DNA of 39,134 bases from Gammaproteobacteria bacterium (GTDB taxonomy: Bacteria; Pseudomonadota; Gammaproteobacteria; Xanthomonadales; Marinicellaceae): assembly GCA_030426705.1 (NCBI GenBank), contig JAUHXW010000001.1, positions 1 through 39,134 of the forward strand, given 5' to 3'. Position numbers and translations under genes: made by a program. How positions within the stretch are numbered: the stretch's first letter is position 1; each line of letters opens with the position of its first letter. Shown here piece by piece: positions 29,434 to 39,134 of the stretch. The notes under the pieces were generated by a model. That model was not told the origin of the DNA. It did not search any database and saw only the letters and a list, made by a program, of their open reading frames with translations.

Positions 29434-30261
29434 TTATTTCTTATCTCTGCGACGAACAATGAACTTATCAGTACGTTTGTTCTTACGCGTTTTATGTCCT
29501 TTGGTAGGCATACCCCATGGAGACACAGGATGACGACCACCAGAGGTCCTTCCTTCACCACCACCGTGTGGATGGTCAACTGGATTCATGGCAACACCTC
29601 GAACGGTTGGACGAACGCCTCTCCAACGAGTGGCACCGGCTTTACCGATTTTCTCAAGGTTATGCTCACTTTTAGAGACAGTACCCAAAGTCGCACGACA
29701 TTTGGCAGGTACTTTTCTCATTTCACCTGAACGCAAGCGCAAAGTGGCGTAAACGCCTTCTTTTGCAACCAATCGTGCAGATGTGCCGGCAGCACGAGCA
29801 ATTTGCCCGCCTTTGCCTGGTTTCATTTCAACATTGTGAACAACTGTACCCACTGGAATGTTATCCAAAGGCAAGCAGTTACCCACTTTGATACCTACTG
29901 AAGTACCAGAAACAACTTCCATACCTGGCTCCAAATCTCTTGGAGCGATGATGTAGCGTTTTTCACCGTCTGTGTAATTCAACAATGCGATGTATGCACT
30001 TCTGTTAGGATCGTATTCAATGCGCTCAACTTTAGCGACGATGTCGTCTTTGTTACGCTTGAAATCGATGATTCTGTATTTTTGTTTGTGCCCACCACCG
30101 ATGTGACGCGTGGTGATGCGACCATAATTATTTCTTCCGCCAGTTTTGGCTTTCTTTTCAGTCAAGCTGGCTTCAGGTCTGCCTTTGTAAAGACCGGTTC
30201 TTTTAACCGTAACTTTACCGCGATTACCTGGAGAAGTTGGTTTATGTACTTTTAATGCCAT
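29434..30261 (-). CDS. rplB: 50S ribosomal protein L2
   Basis: [21 protein letters not shown]. Confidence 0.99.
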   Translation of the reverse strand: MALKVHKPTSPGNRGKVTVKRTGLYKGRPEASLTEKKAKTGGRNNYGRITTRHIGGGHKQKYRIIDFKRNKDDIVAKVERIEYDPNRSAYIALLNYTDGEKRYIIAPRDLEPGMEVVSGTSVGIKVGNCLPLDNIPVGTVVHNVEMKPGKGGQIARAAGTSARLVAKEGVYATLRLRSGEMRKVPAKCRATLGTVSKSEHNLEKIGKAGATRWRGVRPTVRGVAMNPVDHPHGGGEGRTSGGRHPVSPWGMPTKGHKTRKNKRTDKFIVRRRDKK

Positions 30262-30275
30262 GATAGATCTCCTAA

Positions 30276-30575
30276 TTACTCAGCTTTGGTACCAAAATCA
30301 ATCATTTGATCAGCTTGAATTCTGACGTAGGCTTTTTTCCAATCTGGTCTTTTACCAGGCTTCATGCGGAAGCTTTTGGTTTTGCCTTTGACATTCATCA
30401 CTGATACGTTTTCTACGTTGACTTTAAACAACTTTTCAACAGCTGTTTTAATTTCTGCTTTGTTGGCAGATTTAGCCACTTTGAAAACATATTGATTAGA
30501 CAATTCACCAACCCTGTTAGATTTTTCAGAAATCACAGGGGCCAATATAGTTGTGTACAGATTATTCAAACTCAT
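30276..30575 (-). CDS. rplW: 50S ribosomal protein L23
   Basis: APVISEK, DWKKAYV; ATG 30575 overlaps the rplD stop (ATGA). Confidence 0.97.
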   Translation of the reverse strand: MSLNNLYTTILAPVISEKSNRVGELSNQYVFKVAKSANKAEIKTAVEKLFKVNVENVSVMNVKGKTKSFRMKPGKRPDWKKAYVRIQADQMIDFGTKAE

Positions 30576-31177
30576 GACAACCACTCCTCAACTTGCTTGA
30601 CTGCATCTACAGTCATGACCACTTTGTCTGCGTTAACCAATGACACAGGATCAAGGCCTTTGGGATTGGTTACGATTACGTATGGTATGTTACCGGTAGC
30701 ACGCAATAAGTTTTCTGAAGGTTCAGTCGCTACCAAACACCCAGTTGAAACACCATGCTTACCTAATAATTCTACAGCTTCTTTGGTTTTACCATTTTTA
30801 ACGTCCAAATCAGCCACGACCACCAAACGCTCGGTGCGGTTCAATTCAGACAGAATTGATTTCATCGCAGCACGATACATTTTGGTGTTTACTTTTTTAG
30901 TGAAGTCCCTTGGTACAGCAGCGAATGTTTTACCGCCACCCACCCAGATAGGGCTTCTTGAAGTTCCGGCTCTGGCACGGCCAGTTCCTTTTTGTTTCCA
31001 GGGTTTGGCACCACCGCCACTTACAGCTGAACGGTTTTTCTGCGCTTTAGTACCTGCTCTGCCGGTCGCCAGATAAGAAGTTACCACCTGGTGAACCAAG
31101 GCTTCAGAATAATCTCTGTCAAAAACAGCTTCTGAAACTTCAATTTTTTGTTTTTTTCCTGATACTGTCAGTTCCAC
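30572..31177 (-). CDS. rplD: 50S ribosomal protein L4
   Basis: KPWKQKGTGRARAG. Confidence 0.99.
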   Translation of the reverse strand: MELTVSGKKQKIEVSEAVFDRDYSEALVHQVVTSYLATGRAGTKAQKNRSAVSGGGAKPWKQKGTGRARAGTSRSPIWVGGGKTFAAVPRDFTKKVNTKMYRAAMKSILSELNRTERLVVVADLDVKNGKTKEAVELLGKHGVSTGCLVATEPSENLLRATGNIPYVIVTNPKGLDPVSLVNADKVVMTVDAVKQVEEWLS

Positions 31178-31199
31178 AATAGTTCTCCGTTATGCCTGT

Positions 31200-31820
31200 T
31201 TAAGCCAATGGTCTAACAACAACCGTGCTGGTTTTAGCACCGGGTACTGCACCTTTGATCAACAGTAAATTGTTTTCTTGATCAACCCTTACCACTTCCA
31301 AATTCTTGGTGGTTACACGCTCATCACCCATGTGACCTGACATTTTCTTACCTTTGAAAACACGACCAGGTGTTTGACACTGACCGATTGATCCAGGTGC
31401 TCTGTGAGATAGTGAGTTACCGTGAGTGGCATCTTGCATTCTGAAGTTGTAACGTTTGATAACGCCTTGGAAACCTTTACCTTTAGAGGTACCGGTTACA
31501 CGAACTTTTTGTCCGTCTTCAAACATGCTGAGTTCTAATGTATCACCTGCTTTGAATTCCTGATCTGTGCGGAATTCACGAGTGATGGAGCCGGCTTCAA
31601 CGCCCGCTTTTTTGTAGTGACCTGCTGCAGGCGCATTCACTTTAGAAGCTTTGCGTGCACCAGTGGTGATTTGTACTGCGTTATAACCGTCAGTATCAAC
31701 TGTTTTAACTTGAGACACAACATTGGGCTCAACATTGATAACAGTGACTGGTACAGACTCGCCTTTATCGTTGAAAACGCGTGTCATGCCTACTTTCTTT
31801 CCAATAATACCTAATGACAT
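31200..31820 (-). CDS. rplC: 50S ribosomal protein L3
   Basis: [23 protein letters not shown]. Confidence 0.99.
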   Translation of the reverse strand: MSLGIIGKKVGMTRVFNDKGESVPVTVINVEPNVVSQVKTVDTDGYNAVQITTGARKASKVNAPAAGHYKKAGVEAGSITREFRTDQEFKAGDTLELSMFEDGQKVRVTGTSKGKGFQGVIKRYNFRMQDATHGNSLSHRAPGSIGQCQTPGRVFKGKKMSGHMGDERVTTKNLEVVRVDQENNLLLIKGAVPGAKTSTVVVRPLA

Positions 31821-31830
31821 CTTTCAACTC

Positions 31831-32142
31831 CTAGTTCAATTGAATTTGAACATCAACACCCGCTGACAAGTCCAGTTTCATCAATGCATCAACTGTTTTG
31901 TCGTTAGGGTCTACAATATCAACCAATCTTTTATGAGTACGAATCTCATATTGATCCCTTGCGTCCTTGTTTACGTGCGGAGAAATCAATACAGTAAAAC
32001 GTTCCTTTTTAGTTGGTAAAGGAATCGGTCCTCGAACTTGAGCACCTGTTCGCTTTGCTGTATCTACAATTCTTCCTGCAGATTGATCAATTAATTTATG
32101 ATCAAACGCTTTAAGTCTTATTCTGATTTTTTGACCAGCCAT
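31831..32142 (-). CDS. rpsJ: 30S ribosomal protein S10
   Basis: [15 protein letters not shown]; start at ATG 32142 (103 aa). Confidence 0.99.
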   Translation of the reverse strand: MAGQKIRIRLKAFDHKLIDQSAGRIVDTAKRTGAQVRGPIPLPTKKERFTVLISPHVNKDARDQYEIRTHKRLVDIVDPNDKTVDALMKLDLSAGVDVQIQLN

Positions 32143-32210
32143 GTTAATTTGCCTCAAAGTTAAAAGCAGTGGCTTTTCGCCACTGCCCATATTTATTTAA
32201 CTAATATATG

Positions 32211-33401
32211 TTATTCAATAATTTTTGCTACAACACCCGCACCTACTGTACGGCCACCTTCACGAATAGCGAAGCGTAAACCTTCGTCCATCGCAATCGG
32301 TGAAATCAATTCAACTTTCATCTTGACGTTGTCACCAGGCATAACCATTTCTACACCTTCTGGTAACTCACATGCGCCAGTTACGTCAGTTGTTCTGAAG
32401 TAAAACTGTGGACGGTAACCTTTGAAGAATGGTGTGTGACGACCACCTTCATCTTTACTCAACACGTAAACTTCAGCTTCAAATTTTGTGTGGGGCGTGA
32501 TTGTACCCGGTTTTGCCAGTACTTGTCCACGCTCAACTTCATCTCTTTTCGTTCCACGCAACAAAATACCCACATTATCACCAGCTTCACCTGAATCCAG
32601 CAACTTACGGAACATCTCAACACCAGTACAAGTGGTGGTAGATGTGTCACGGATACCAACGATCTCAATCTCTTCACCTACGTTGATTACACCAGTCTCA
32701 ATACGACCAGTCACAACAGTACCACGGCCTGAAATCGAGAAAATGTCTTCGATAGGCATCAAGAATGGTTTGTCAGTCTCACGCTCAGGTGTTGGAATGT
32801 AAGCATCCATTTCGTCCAACAATTTTTCAACAGCTGGAACACCAATGTCAGATGTATCACCTTCCAATGCTTTCAATGCAGAACCCATAACCAATGGCGT
32901 GTCATCACCAGGAAATTCGTAGTCATTCAACAACTCACGCACTTCCATCTCAACCAATTCCAACAACTCTTCATCATCAACCTGGTCACATTTATTCAAA
33001 AACACCAAAATGTAAGGAACGCCAACCTGACGAGCCAACAGGATGTGCTCACGAGTTTGTGGCATTGGGCCATCAGCAGCTGATACCACCAAAATAGCGC
33101 CGTCCATTTGAGCCGCACCGGTAATCATGTTTTTCACATAGTCCGCGTGACCTGGACAGTCAACGTGCGCGTAGTGACGACCATCTGTTTCATACTCTAC
33201 GTGTGCAGTAGAAATCGTAATACCACGCTCTCTTTCTTCTGGCGCGTTATCGATTTGGTCGTAATCCTTAAATTCACCGCCTTGTTTCTCAGCAGCAACT
33301 TTTGTGATCGCTGCAGTCAAGGTTGTTTTACCATGGTCAACGTGACCGATTGTGCCCACGTTTACATGGGGCTTGGTGCGTTCAAATTTCTCTTTTGACA
33401 T
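32211..33401 (-). CDS. tuf: Elongation factor Tu
   Basis: [26 protein letters not shown]; start at ATG 33401 (396 aa). Confidence 0.99.
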   Translation of the reverse strand: MSKEKFERTKPHVNVGTIGHVDHGKTTLTAAITKVAAEKQGGEFKDYDQIDNAPEERERGITISTAHVEYETDGRHYAHVDCPGHADYVKNMITGAAQMDGAILVVSAADGPMPQTREHILLARQVGVPYILVFLNKCDQVDDEELLELVEMEVRELLNDYEFPGDDTPLVMGSALKALEGDTSDIGVPAVEKLLDEMDAYIPTPERETDKPFLMPIEDIFSISGRGTVVTGRIETGVINVGEEIEIVGIRDTSTTTCTGVEMFRKLLDSGEAGDNVGILLRGTKRDEVERGQVLAKPGTITPHTKFEAEVYVLSKDEGGRHTPFFKGYRPQFYFRTTDVTGACELPEGVEMVMPGDNVKMKVELISPIAMDEGLRFAIREGGRTVGAGVVAKIIE

Positions 33402-33443
33402 TGTTGCTACTCCAAAAAACAAGTAGTTAATAAAAAACGATAG

Positions 33444-33519
33444 TGGTGCCCATAACTGGAGTCGAACCAGTGACCTCTTCCCTACCAAGAAAGTGCTCTA
33501 CCGACTGAGCTATATGGGC
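33444..33519 (-). tRNA. tRNA-Thr(GGT)
   Basis: GCCCATATAGCTCAGTCGGTAGAGC...TTGGTAG...GGTTCGACTCC...GGGCACCA, 76 nt. Confidence 0.97.
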
Positions 33520-33525
33520 AAACAA

Positions 33526-33599
33526 TGGAGCGGGTGATGGGAATCGAACCCACGTATTTAGCTTGGAAGGCTAATGTTCTACCATTGAACTACACCCGC
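33526..33599 (-). tRNA. tRNA-Gly(TCC)
   Basis: GCGGGTGTAGTTCAATGGTAGAAC...CTTCCAA...GGTTCGATTCC...CGCTCCA, 74 nt. Confidence 0.97.
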
Positions 33600-33639
33600 T
33601 CAACCCTGAATCAATGCCTGGACATTGATTCTTTTAAAG

Positions 33640-33724
33640 TGGTGGAGGGAGGAGGATTCGAACCTCCGAAGTTAAAAACAGCAGATTTACAGTCTGCCCC
33701 CGTTGGCCGCTTGGGTATCCCTCC
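33640..33724 (-). tRNA. tRNA-Tyr(GTA)
   Basis: GGAGGGATACCCAAGCGGCCAACGGGGGCAGACTGTAAATCTGC...GGTTCGAATCC...CCACCA, 85 nt, long variable arm. Confidence 0.97.
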
Positions 33725-33741
33725 AACGAGCAAAGCACGGC

Positions 33742-33862
33742 ATTTTCGTAGAATATCAATAGAAAGTCAACATAAAAAGTCAGTAATTTTAACCACTTTT
33801 TATGCCCGCTTCCCTGAGCCTGAGCCGGATGCGAATTATAGGCCTTTTCCAAAGAATTACAA
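33742..33862 (-). promoter_or_regulatory. Tandem sigma70-like promoters for the tRNA-tuf operon
   Basis: TTGTAA-16-TATAAT (33862-33835) and TTGACT-17-GAAAAT (33770-33742), each followed by a GC-rich stretch. Confidence 0.55.
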
Positions 33863-33969
33863 TCCCTTTTTCCGAGTATTTGTGACAAGCAATACAGACA
33901 CCCTGATTTTAACCTTTTTATTGGGCCTTTCTACCGATACAATAACGTCTCTTCACAATTTCTGAAAGC

Positions 33970-34755
33970 ATGACCATAAGAGTACTTGTTGGCCTATTGT
34001 TTGCCACAATTAATATTTCCTGTGACAGCAAAACCATCACCAGTGTTACTTTATCACCACACCTTACTGAACTTGTATTTTCCGCTGGCGGAGGAGATTC
34101 ACTGGTTGGGGTCAGCGCTTACAGCAATTATCCTGAGCAAGTTGCAGAACTTCCTGTGATAGGCGATGCCTTTAGGCTGGATTACGAATTGATTAAAACA
34201 CTCAACCCTGATGTGATTTTTTATTGGCAAAATGGCACAGCCGGACAAGTGGTACAACAATTACAAAACCTGGGATTCAAACTGCATGAAGTCAGCATCA
34301 ATCAATTGAGCGACATTCCTTTAGCCATTACCGATATTGCCAAAGCATTGAACAGCACACCCATGGAACCGGTTGAGCAATTCAATCAACAACTCAAAGC
34401 ACTGCAAAAGACTGATCACCAATATACCGCCCTGATACAATTATCTGCCAAACCCATTTACACGGTTAATGACAAACATTGGATGTCAGAAGCGATTGGG
34501 GTTTGTGGCCTAAAGAATGTTTTTAATGACCTTGAACCACTGAGCGCAGCTGTCACATTGGAATCGGTGGTACTGAAAAAACCTGATTACATCATCACCA
34601 CAGGTCCGATGCCGAACAACCCGCTATTGGAATGGAACAGCATCCCAGCGGTTAAAAACATGCAAATAATTGACTTGAACCCGGACAAATTCAGCAGACC
34701 AACTCTGAGGTTATTGGAAGCCATCGAGGGCTTATGCAAGAAAGTTGCCAATTAA
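33970..34755 (+). CDS. Cobalamin/iron-siderophore ABC transporter substrate-binding protein (BtuF-like)
   Basis: VTLSPHLTELVFSAG...VGVSAYSNYP, LNPD, CGLKNVF, W..IPAVKN, FSRPTLRL. Confidence 0.85.
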   Translation: MTIRVLVGLLFATINISCDSKTITSVTLSPHLTELVFSAGGGDSLVGVSAYSNYPEQVAELPVIGDAFRLDYELIKTLNPDVIFYWQNGTAGQVVQQLQNLGFKLHEVSINQLSDIPLAITDIAKALNSTPMEPVEQFNQQLKALQKTDHQYTALIQLSAKPIYTVNDKHWMSEAIGVCGLKNVFNDLEPLSAAVTLESVVLKKPDYIITTGPMPNNPLLEWNSIPAVKNMQIIDLNPDKFSRPTLRLLEAIEGLCKKVAN

Positions 34756-36374
34756 TCAAGGCGATTTTCACCCAACAATTTCAAATCCTGGTCATACATG
34801 GCTTTGAGTAACAGCTCGCCATTTGCTGCCACTTTGAATTCGCCAAATTTGGCAGCATCAAACAATTTGGCATCACCCTCTTGAAAGAAAAAGGCATTGG
34901 TAGCGAATTGGATTCGGCCGTTGCGTTTGCGAAATTGCATCAACACTTGATCATCCGTCAGGCTTTGGTTGTCATAAATGGCATTGAATGTGCCTACGCC
35001 TTTTTCATCTACGTCAACCACCGCATAACCATCCAATGATTTCGTTCGATCTTCTTTAACTGCTTCATTGGCAGAAATTTTATTGGCCATATCAAACCGC
35101 AGCCGCATAAAATCACCTTGCATGATTGATCGTGGATCTACTGGCGCTAACTCAAGAAAAACCGACTTGCCGGTTTTCAGTGTATTTTCTTTTTCAACGA
35201 TGGCATGGTTAACACCAATCAAGGCCAGGGCCAAAGTAATCGATGCAGCAATTTTTTGTATCCGGCCTGAAGATGCTGAATCCACGGTATTTGATTCAGC
35301 TTTTTCCTTTGCTTGACCGCTTTTTTCAAAAACATGTCTCAACAACGCATAACCAATGGTCAAAACCACACCTATGGCGATCAGAATCAGAGATTTCACC
35401 AGTAAAGTTCGGGCCAACGAATAATAAAACCAACTGACAAAACCCAATAAAGCCAAAGCTCCCATCACCATCAATACTATTTTCTGGCGTGCGAATCCAA
35501 CCAGTAAAACCAACAAGGCACTGCTCAAACCAACCACAGGCATGGCTGAGAACAACAGCACAATCGCAGCCAGCAACAACCACTTACCGGTCGTTGAAGT
35601 CAAGTCAATGCCCTGCTCTTGCGCCATGCGATAAACAAAATACAACAGTACGGCCGAATTCAACAATGCTGAAATCAAAGGCGCGTGTTGATAGACCCAG
35701 GAAATAGAGTCATTATATCTGTGAAACAATTCATGAAACCACACGATACTTTGCACGTTCAAAGTGACAATGGATAAAGCCAGACCATAGCCCATTGGCT
35801 CATACAAGTCCCTTTCATTTTCCCAACCGGTTTTGTTCAACCAAATCCACACAAATCCAGCAGCCACCAAGGCACTGCCTAATCCTGTATTAACCAGCCA
35901 TTCAAATCCCCAAAAAGCAGCGATCACCGCAAACCAGGTACATAGGAATCGGTGCACATAATGGTCAATCACCCGTGCCAGAACCGCTTGATACAAACCG
36001 ACCACAAACAACCATTCATGATCCCTGAAGTCAGACAGGATTAACAACCCAAAAGTGAACAACAACTGACCAGTCAAACTGAAAGCCAATACCATTTGTT
36101 CAAAGAAATCACTTTCCGGTTTGGTTTTAAAAAACAGGTAAGTGGAAAAATTGATGACCACACCCATCACAATTAAAGCCTGTCCATGATCAAAAAGGCC
36201 AGCAACACCAAACCCCAGAAAAGCCAGCATAAATATGGCGGCTAACCATCCAGCAAACCCTTGCAACACGCGCACATACCATAAATTCTGGTCTCTAGTG
36301 TCACCTGCTTCAGGTTGCTCTCCTGTCACCAAATCAGCGGTTTTCAACCTTTCCCATAAACTCAATTCACTCAT
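34752..36374 (-). CDS. Membrane protein, DUF4401-like TM region fused to a GDYXXLXY domain
   Basis: Many TM helices; LAPVDPRSIMQGDFMRLRF; FFFQEG. Confidence 0.85.
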   Translation of the reverse strand: MSELSLWERLKTADLVTGEQPEAGDTRDQNLWYVRVLQGFAGWLAAIFMLAFLGFGVAGLFDHGQALIVMGVVINFSTYLFFKTKPESDFFEQMVLAFSLTGQLLFTFGLLILSDFRDHEWLFVVGLYQAVLARVIDHYVHRFLCTWFAVIAAFWGFEWLVNTGLGSALVAAGFVWIWLNKTGWENERDLYEPMGYGLALSIVTLNVQSIVWFHELFHRYNDSISWVYQHAPLISALLNSAVLLYFVYRMAQEQGIDLTSTTGKWLLLAAIVLLFSAMPVVGLSSALLVLLVGFARQKIVLMVMGALALLGFVSWFYYSLARTLLVKSLILIAIGVVLTIGYALLRHVFEKSGQAKEKAESNTVDSASSGRIQKIAASITLALALIGVNHAIVEKENTLKTGKSVFLELAPVDPRSIMQGDFMRLRFDMANKISANEAVKEDRTKSLDGYAVVDVDEKGVGTFNAIYDNQSLTDDQVLMQFRKRNGRIQFATNAFFFQEGDAKLFDAAKFGEFKVAANGELLLKAMYDQDLKLLGENRLD

Positions 36375-37350
36375 TGGCCTGCTCCTGTTTTAATTGCTCA
36401 TGGGTTTTCTTGATCCAGGTGACAGCCACCGTGGTCAAACCAATCAAGGTCATGGCCATCAACAACATCCCACCGGCATCAAAATGCTGGAACAATGTTT
36501 CAGCCAGAAACGCCATGATAAAGATAATCAACGCCAGTGCCCAGGCAGTCAATAACAGCAAATCTGGCTTGAAGTATCGATAAACCATAAAAAATCCTGG
36601 CATCGACACCATATAAAGAACGATGTTAAAAAACTGCGATTGGTGATTGCCCCAAATTAATTCCATACCAATCACCGTTAAAGCATACAAAACCACCAAA
36701 CCCAACACTTGTGCAGCCCAACGATGTACCAAAGCCAAAATGCGCGGGCTTTTCGCTGTCGCCAACCATTCCATCAGCAACAGCATCAAACCATTCAACA
36801 ACAAATACAACCAGGGCAGATACCGGCTGGAAAACAACCAGCCAAACAATGAATGATTGATTTGCAAATACAAAGTCAGCGCCGTATTGATTAACAAAGC
36901 CCAAAACAACCACAAGGCCTCTGAACGAGCAAACAGTACCAAAGGAGAAATCAACAAAGCCCAGGTGGCAAACAACTGCCAGGGATCAGCACCGGTTTGA
37001 TAAGTTTGTCCAAACAAAGCCAGCAAGGCACCTAATACAATCACTCCAGCCAGCAACAGGGCCTGAGACACAATGGTCTGCTTTGCTTTAAGAAAATAAA
37101 GCCCAAATACCGCAACCAGCAAAACCTGCAAAATCAGGAATTTGTAAAAACGCCCCAGATCATTCCAGTTATAGGCGAAAAAAAACACCACGCCAAAAGC
37201 CAGGGATAGCAACCCCAAAGTGATCAACAGAAACTTAATAAAATGAAACCAGCCATCTGCATCCCCACGTTCGCCAGCCACTTCCAAAGCACGCTGAGTA
37301 TCTGCCGACTTGACCAACCCTTGTTTAATCCAACTATAAATCTCACTCAT
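36367..37350 (-). CDS. DUF2157-like integral membrane protein
   Basis: FFFAYNW, GQTYQTGADPWQLFATW; overlaps the downstream gene by 8 bp. Confidence 0.8.
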   Translation of the reverse strand: MSEIYSWIKQGLVKSADTQRALEVAGERGDADGWFHFIKFLLITLGLLSLAFGVVFFFAYNWNDLGRFYKFLILQVLLVAVFGLYFLKAKQTIVSQALLLAGVIVLGALLALFGQTYQTGADPWQLFATWALLISPLVLFARSEALWLFWALLINTALTLYLQINHSLFGWLFSSRYLPWLYLLLNGLMLLLMEWLATAKSPRILALVHRWAAQVLGLVVLYALTVIGMELIWGNHQSQFFNIVLYMVSMPGFFMVYRYFKPDLLLLTAWALALIIFIMAFLAETLFQHFDAGGMLLMAMTLIGLTTVAVTWIKKTHEQLKQEQANE

Positions 37351-37518
37351 ATAATTATCTTTTTTATTTTTTCATCATAATAATGTGTTTCGAAATTTAA
37401 AGAAAGCCGTTTCAACAAAAGTGCAATACCAGCAACCTTGGTAGCAAAAAATAATACTGAAAGTGGATTACAACTAGCCTGACCACTGCTGTCCAGAGAA
37501 ACTTTAAAATTTCCGTTT

Positions 37519-37602
37519 CGTCATTCCAGCGAAGGCTGGAATCTTCATTCAGCAAGCTATGTGGTTTTTTTTCAACAAGATTCCTGCCTACGCAGGAATG
37601 AC
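37519..37602. repeat. REP-like inverted pair (gtcattcc...ggaatgac class)
   Basis: cgtcattccagcgaaggctggaatct ... agattcctgcctacgcaggaatgaca. Confidence 0.85.
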
Positions 37603-37723
37603 AGACAAGGATAATTTTCAGTTTTATCGGTCAGTTGGAGTAGCTTGCCGGTAATATTCGAACCTTGAGCAAAATGCCGGCGAGCCGACTGCGGTCCATT
37701 AATGATTGAATCATAAAAAAAAC

Positions 37724-37969
37724 TGTCATCCTGAGCGAAACAAAGGCCAGGCGATTGTGAAAGTGCGGTTTTACCAAGTAAAGAAGGGCTTTCACAATGC
37801 CGTCGGCCGTGAAGCCGAAGATAAAAAGGCAGGATAGCCTTTTTACCACGCGAAGCGACCTGAAAGGCTCGAAGCAGGAGCGAAGAGATAATCTCCTCAC
37901 GTTTGGTTTACTCTACAAACAAGCAATTCCACTTCATAAGGAGATGCTTCGGCTGCGCTCAGCATGACA
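37724..37969. repeat. REP-like inverted pair (tgtcatcctgagcg...cgctcagcatgaca) whose left arm is interrupted by nested hairpins
   Basis: Arms at ~37724-37740 and ~37940-37969; 64-bp hairpin at 37745-37808. Confidence 0.8.
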
Positions 37970-38048
37970 AAAGTAAAGGTTGGATCGCCGGCAACCGACC
38001 AGCAAAACATATAGTTAAAAAAGATGCCGGCGGTCCAAATTAAGGCAC

Positions 38049-38081
38049 AAAAAAAGCCCGGTCATTGATCAGGCTTTTCTT
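38049..38081 (-). terminator. Rho-independent terminator after prpC
   Basis: Minus strand aaaagcctgatcaatgaccgggcttttttt. Confidence 0.8.
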
Positions 38082-38101
38082 TGCTTTTTTTAAAATCGCT
38101 A

Positions 38102-39134
38102 TCAGTCTCGTTCTTCAATCGGTCCCACTTTACGCGTATCAGGGCCGGTGTAATCGGCGTTGGGTCTGATGATGCGGTTGTTTTCACGTTGTTCCATCAC
38201 ATGCGCTGTCCAGCCAGTGACACGTGACATCACGAATATGGGCGTGAACAACTCAGTTGGAATACCCATAAAGTGGTAAGCGGAAGCATGGAAGAAATCA
38301 GCATTGGGGAATAATTTTTTCTCATCCCACATTTTCTTCTCAACGGCACAACTGACCGGATACAACACAGTATCACCCACTTCTTCGGCCAATTTTTCTG
38401 ACCAGCGTTTGATGATGGCATTGCGTGGATCACGTTCGGTGTAAACCGCATGACCAAAGCCCATGATCAACTGTTTGGTGCGCAGCATTTCATCAATACC
38501 AGCTTCGGCTTCTTCAACACTTGAGAATTTTTGTAACAATTCCATGGCCGCTTCATTGGCGCCACCGTGCAAAGGACCACGCAAGGCGCCGATTGAAGCA
38601 GTTACGCATGAGTGAATGTCTGACAAAGTAGAGGCCACCACACGACCGGTGAAAGTCGATGCATTGAACTCATGCTCAGCATACAAAATCAATGACACGT
38701 CCATCACGCGTGCATGCAACTCACTGGGTGCTTTGCCGTGCAACAATTCCAAAAAGTGCGCACCGACACCATCAATATCAGAAGCAGTCTCAATACGTAC
38801 ACCTTCGGTGACGAAACGGTACCAGTAACAAATAATCGATGGGAAAATCGCCACCAAACGATCGGCTTTGTCCAATTGTTGTGAGAAATCAGTCTCACCT
38901 TCAACATTACCTAAAATGGAACAACCGGTGCGCATAACGTCCATGGGATGTGCGTCTCTTGGAATCAGTTCCAAAGTTTTCTTCACCGCATCCGGTAATT
39001 CACGCAGGGAGTTGATTTTCTTTTTGTAAGCATCCAGTTCAGCCTGGTTGGGTAACTTGCCATGCAAAATCAAATAAGCGGTTTCATAAAATGTGGCATT
39101 GGTGGCTAAATCATCCACATCATAGCCGCGGTAG
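38102..39134 (-). CDS. prpC: 2-methylcitrate synthase; 5' end outside the window
   Basis: Frame is open to the edge (YRGYDVDDLA); AHPMDVMRTG, LYAEHEFNASTF, GPLHGGANE, MGFGHAVY, FPNADFF. Confidence 0.92.
   Translation of the reverse strand, partial: YRGYDVDDLATNATFYETAYLILHGKLPNQAELDAYKKKINSLRELPDAVKKTLELIPRDAHPMDVMRTGCSILGNVEGETDFSQQLDKADRLVAIFPSIICYWYRFVTEGVRIETASDIDGVGAHFLELLHGKAPSELHARVMDVSLILYAEHEFNASTFTGRVVASTLSDIHSCVTASIGALRGPLHGGANEAAMELLQKFSSVEEAEAGIDEMLRTKQLIMGFGHAVYTERDPRNAIIKRWSEKLAEEVGDTVLYPVSCAVEKKMWDEKKLFPNADFFHASAYHFMGIPTELFTPIFVMSRVTGWTAHVMEQRENNRIIRPNADYTGPDTRKVGPIEERD

Noticed and set aside
18947-33398. Many short antisense or alternate-frame ORFs across the ribosomal cluster
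   Set aside because: Shadows of highly conserved genes with no independent motifs
33402-33965. tuf N-terminal extension and ORFs 33525-33965 and 33634-33888
   Set aside because: They overlap the tRNA genes and promoter region
37745-37808. Self-cleaving ribozyme call for the covarying hairpin
   Set aside because: No hammerhead CUGAnGA/GAAA core or HDV-like pseudoknot recognised by eye; needs an Rfam search
37631-37900. 89-aa minus-strand ORF
   Set aside because: Lies almost wholly within nested palindromic repeats

Overview
Gammaproteobacterial chromosome segment. The gene order rplQ-dsbB-class II DAHP synthase, the lack of rpmJ after secY and the DxIFxxG[FI][DE]-tailed secreted proteins suggest a Xanthomonadales/Marinicella-like marine lineage (inference). 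About 16.7-39 kb is core: prpC (partial), a DUF2157/DUF4401-GDYXXLXY membrane pair, a btuF-like gene, tRNA-Tyr/Gly/Thr, tuf and the S10-spc-alpha ribosomal cluster. About 1-16.7 kb is accessory: a type I R-M locus (hsdM-hsdS ... hsdR) whose hsdS-hsdR gap holds a frameshifted OLD-family ABC-ATPase/TOPRIM gene, a nuclease-SF1 helicase, a PD-(D/E)XK gene, a secreted protein and an MNT-HEPN toxin-antitoxin pair. The most striking structure is non-coding: three consecutive cargo units are each bracketed by an inverted pair of short GGGG(T/A)C(A/T)G-type palindromes and separated by direct copies of a composite REP-like repeat, resembling a gene-cassette array with no integrase in view. The repeats are nested (48-bp units inside ~65-bp covarying hairpins inside REP-like palindromes), and one REP pair sits in frame in the HsdS central linker.
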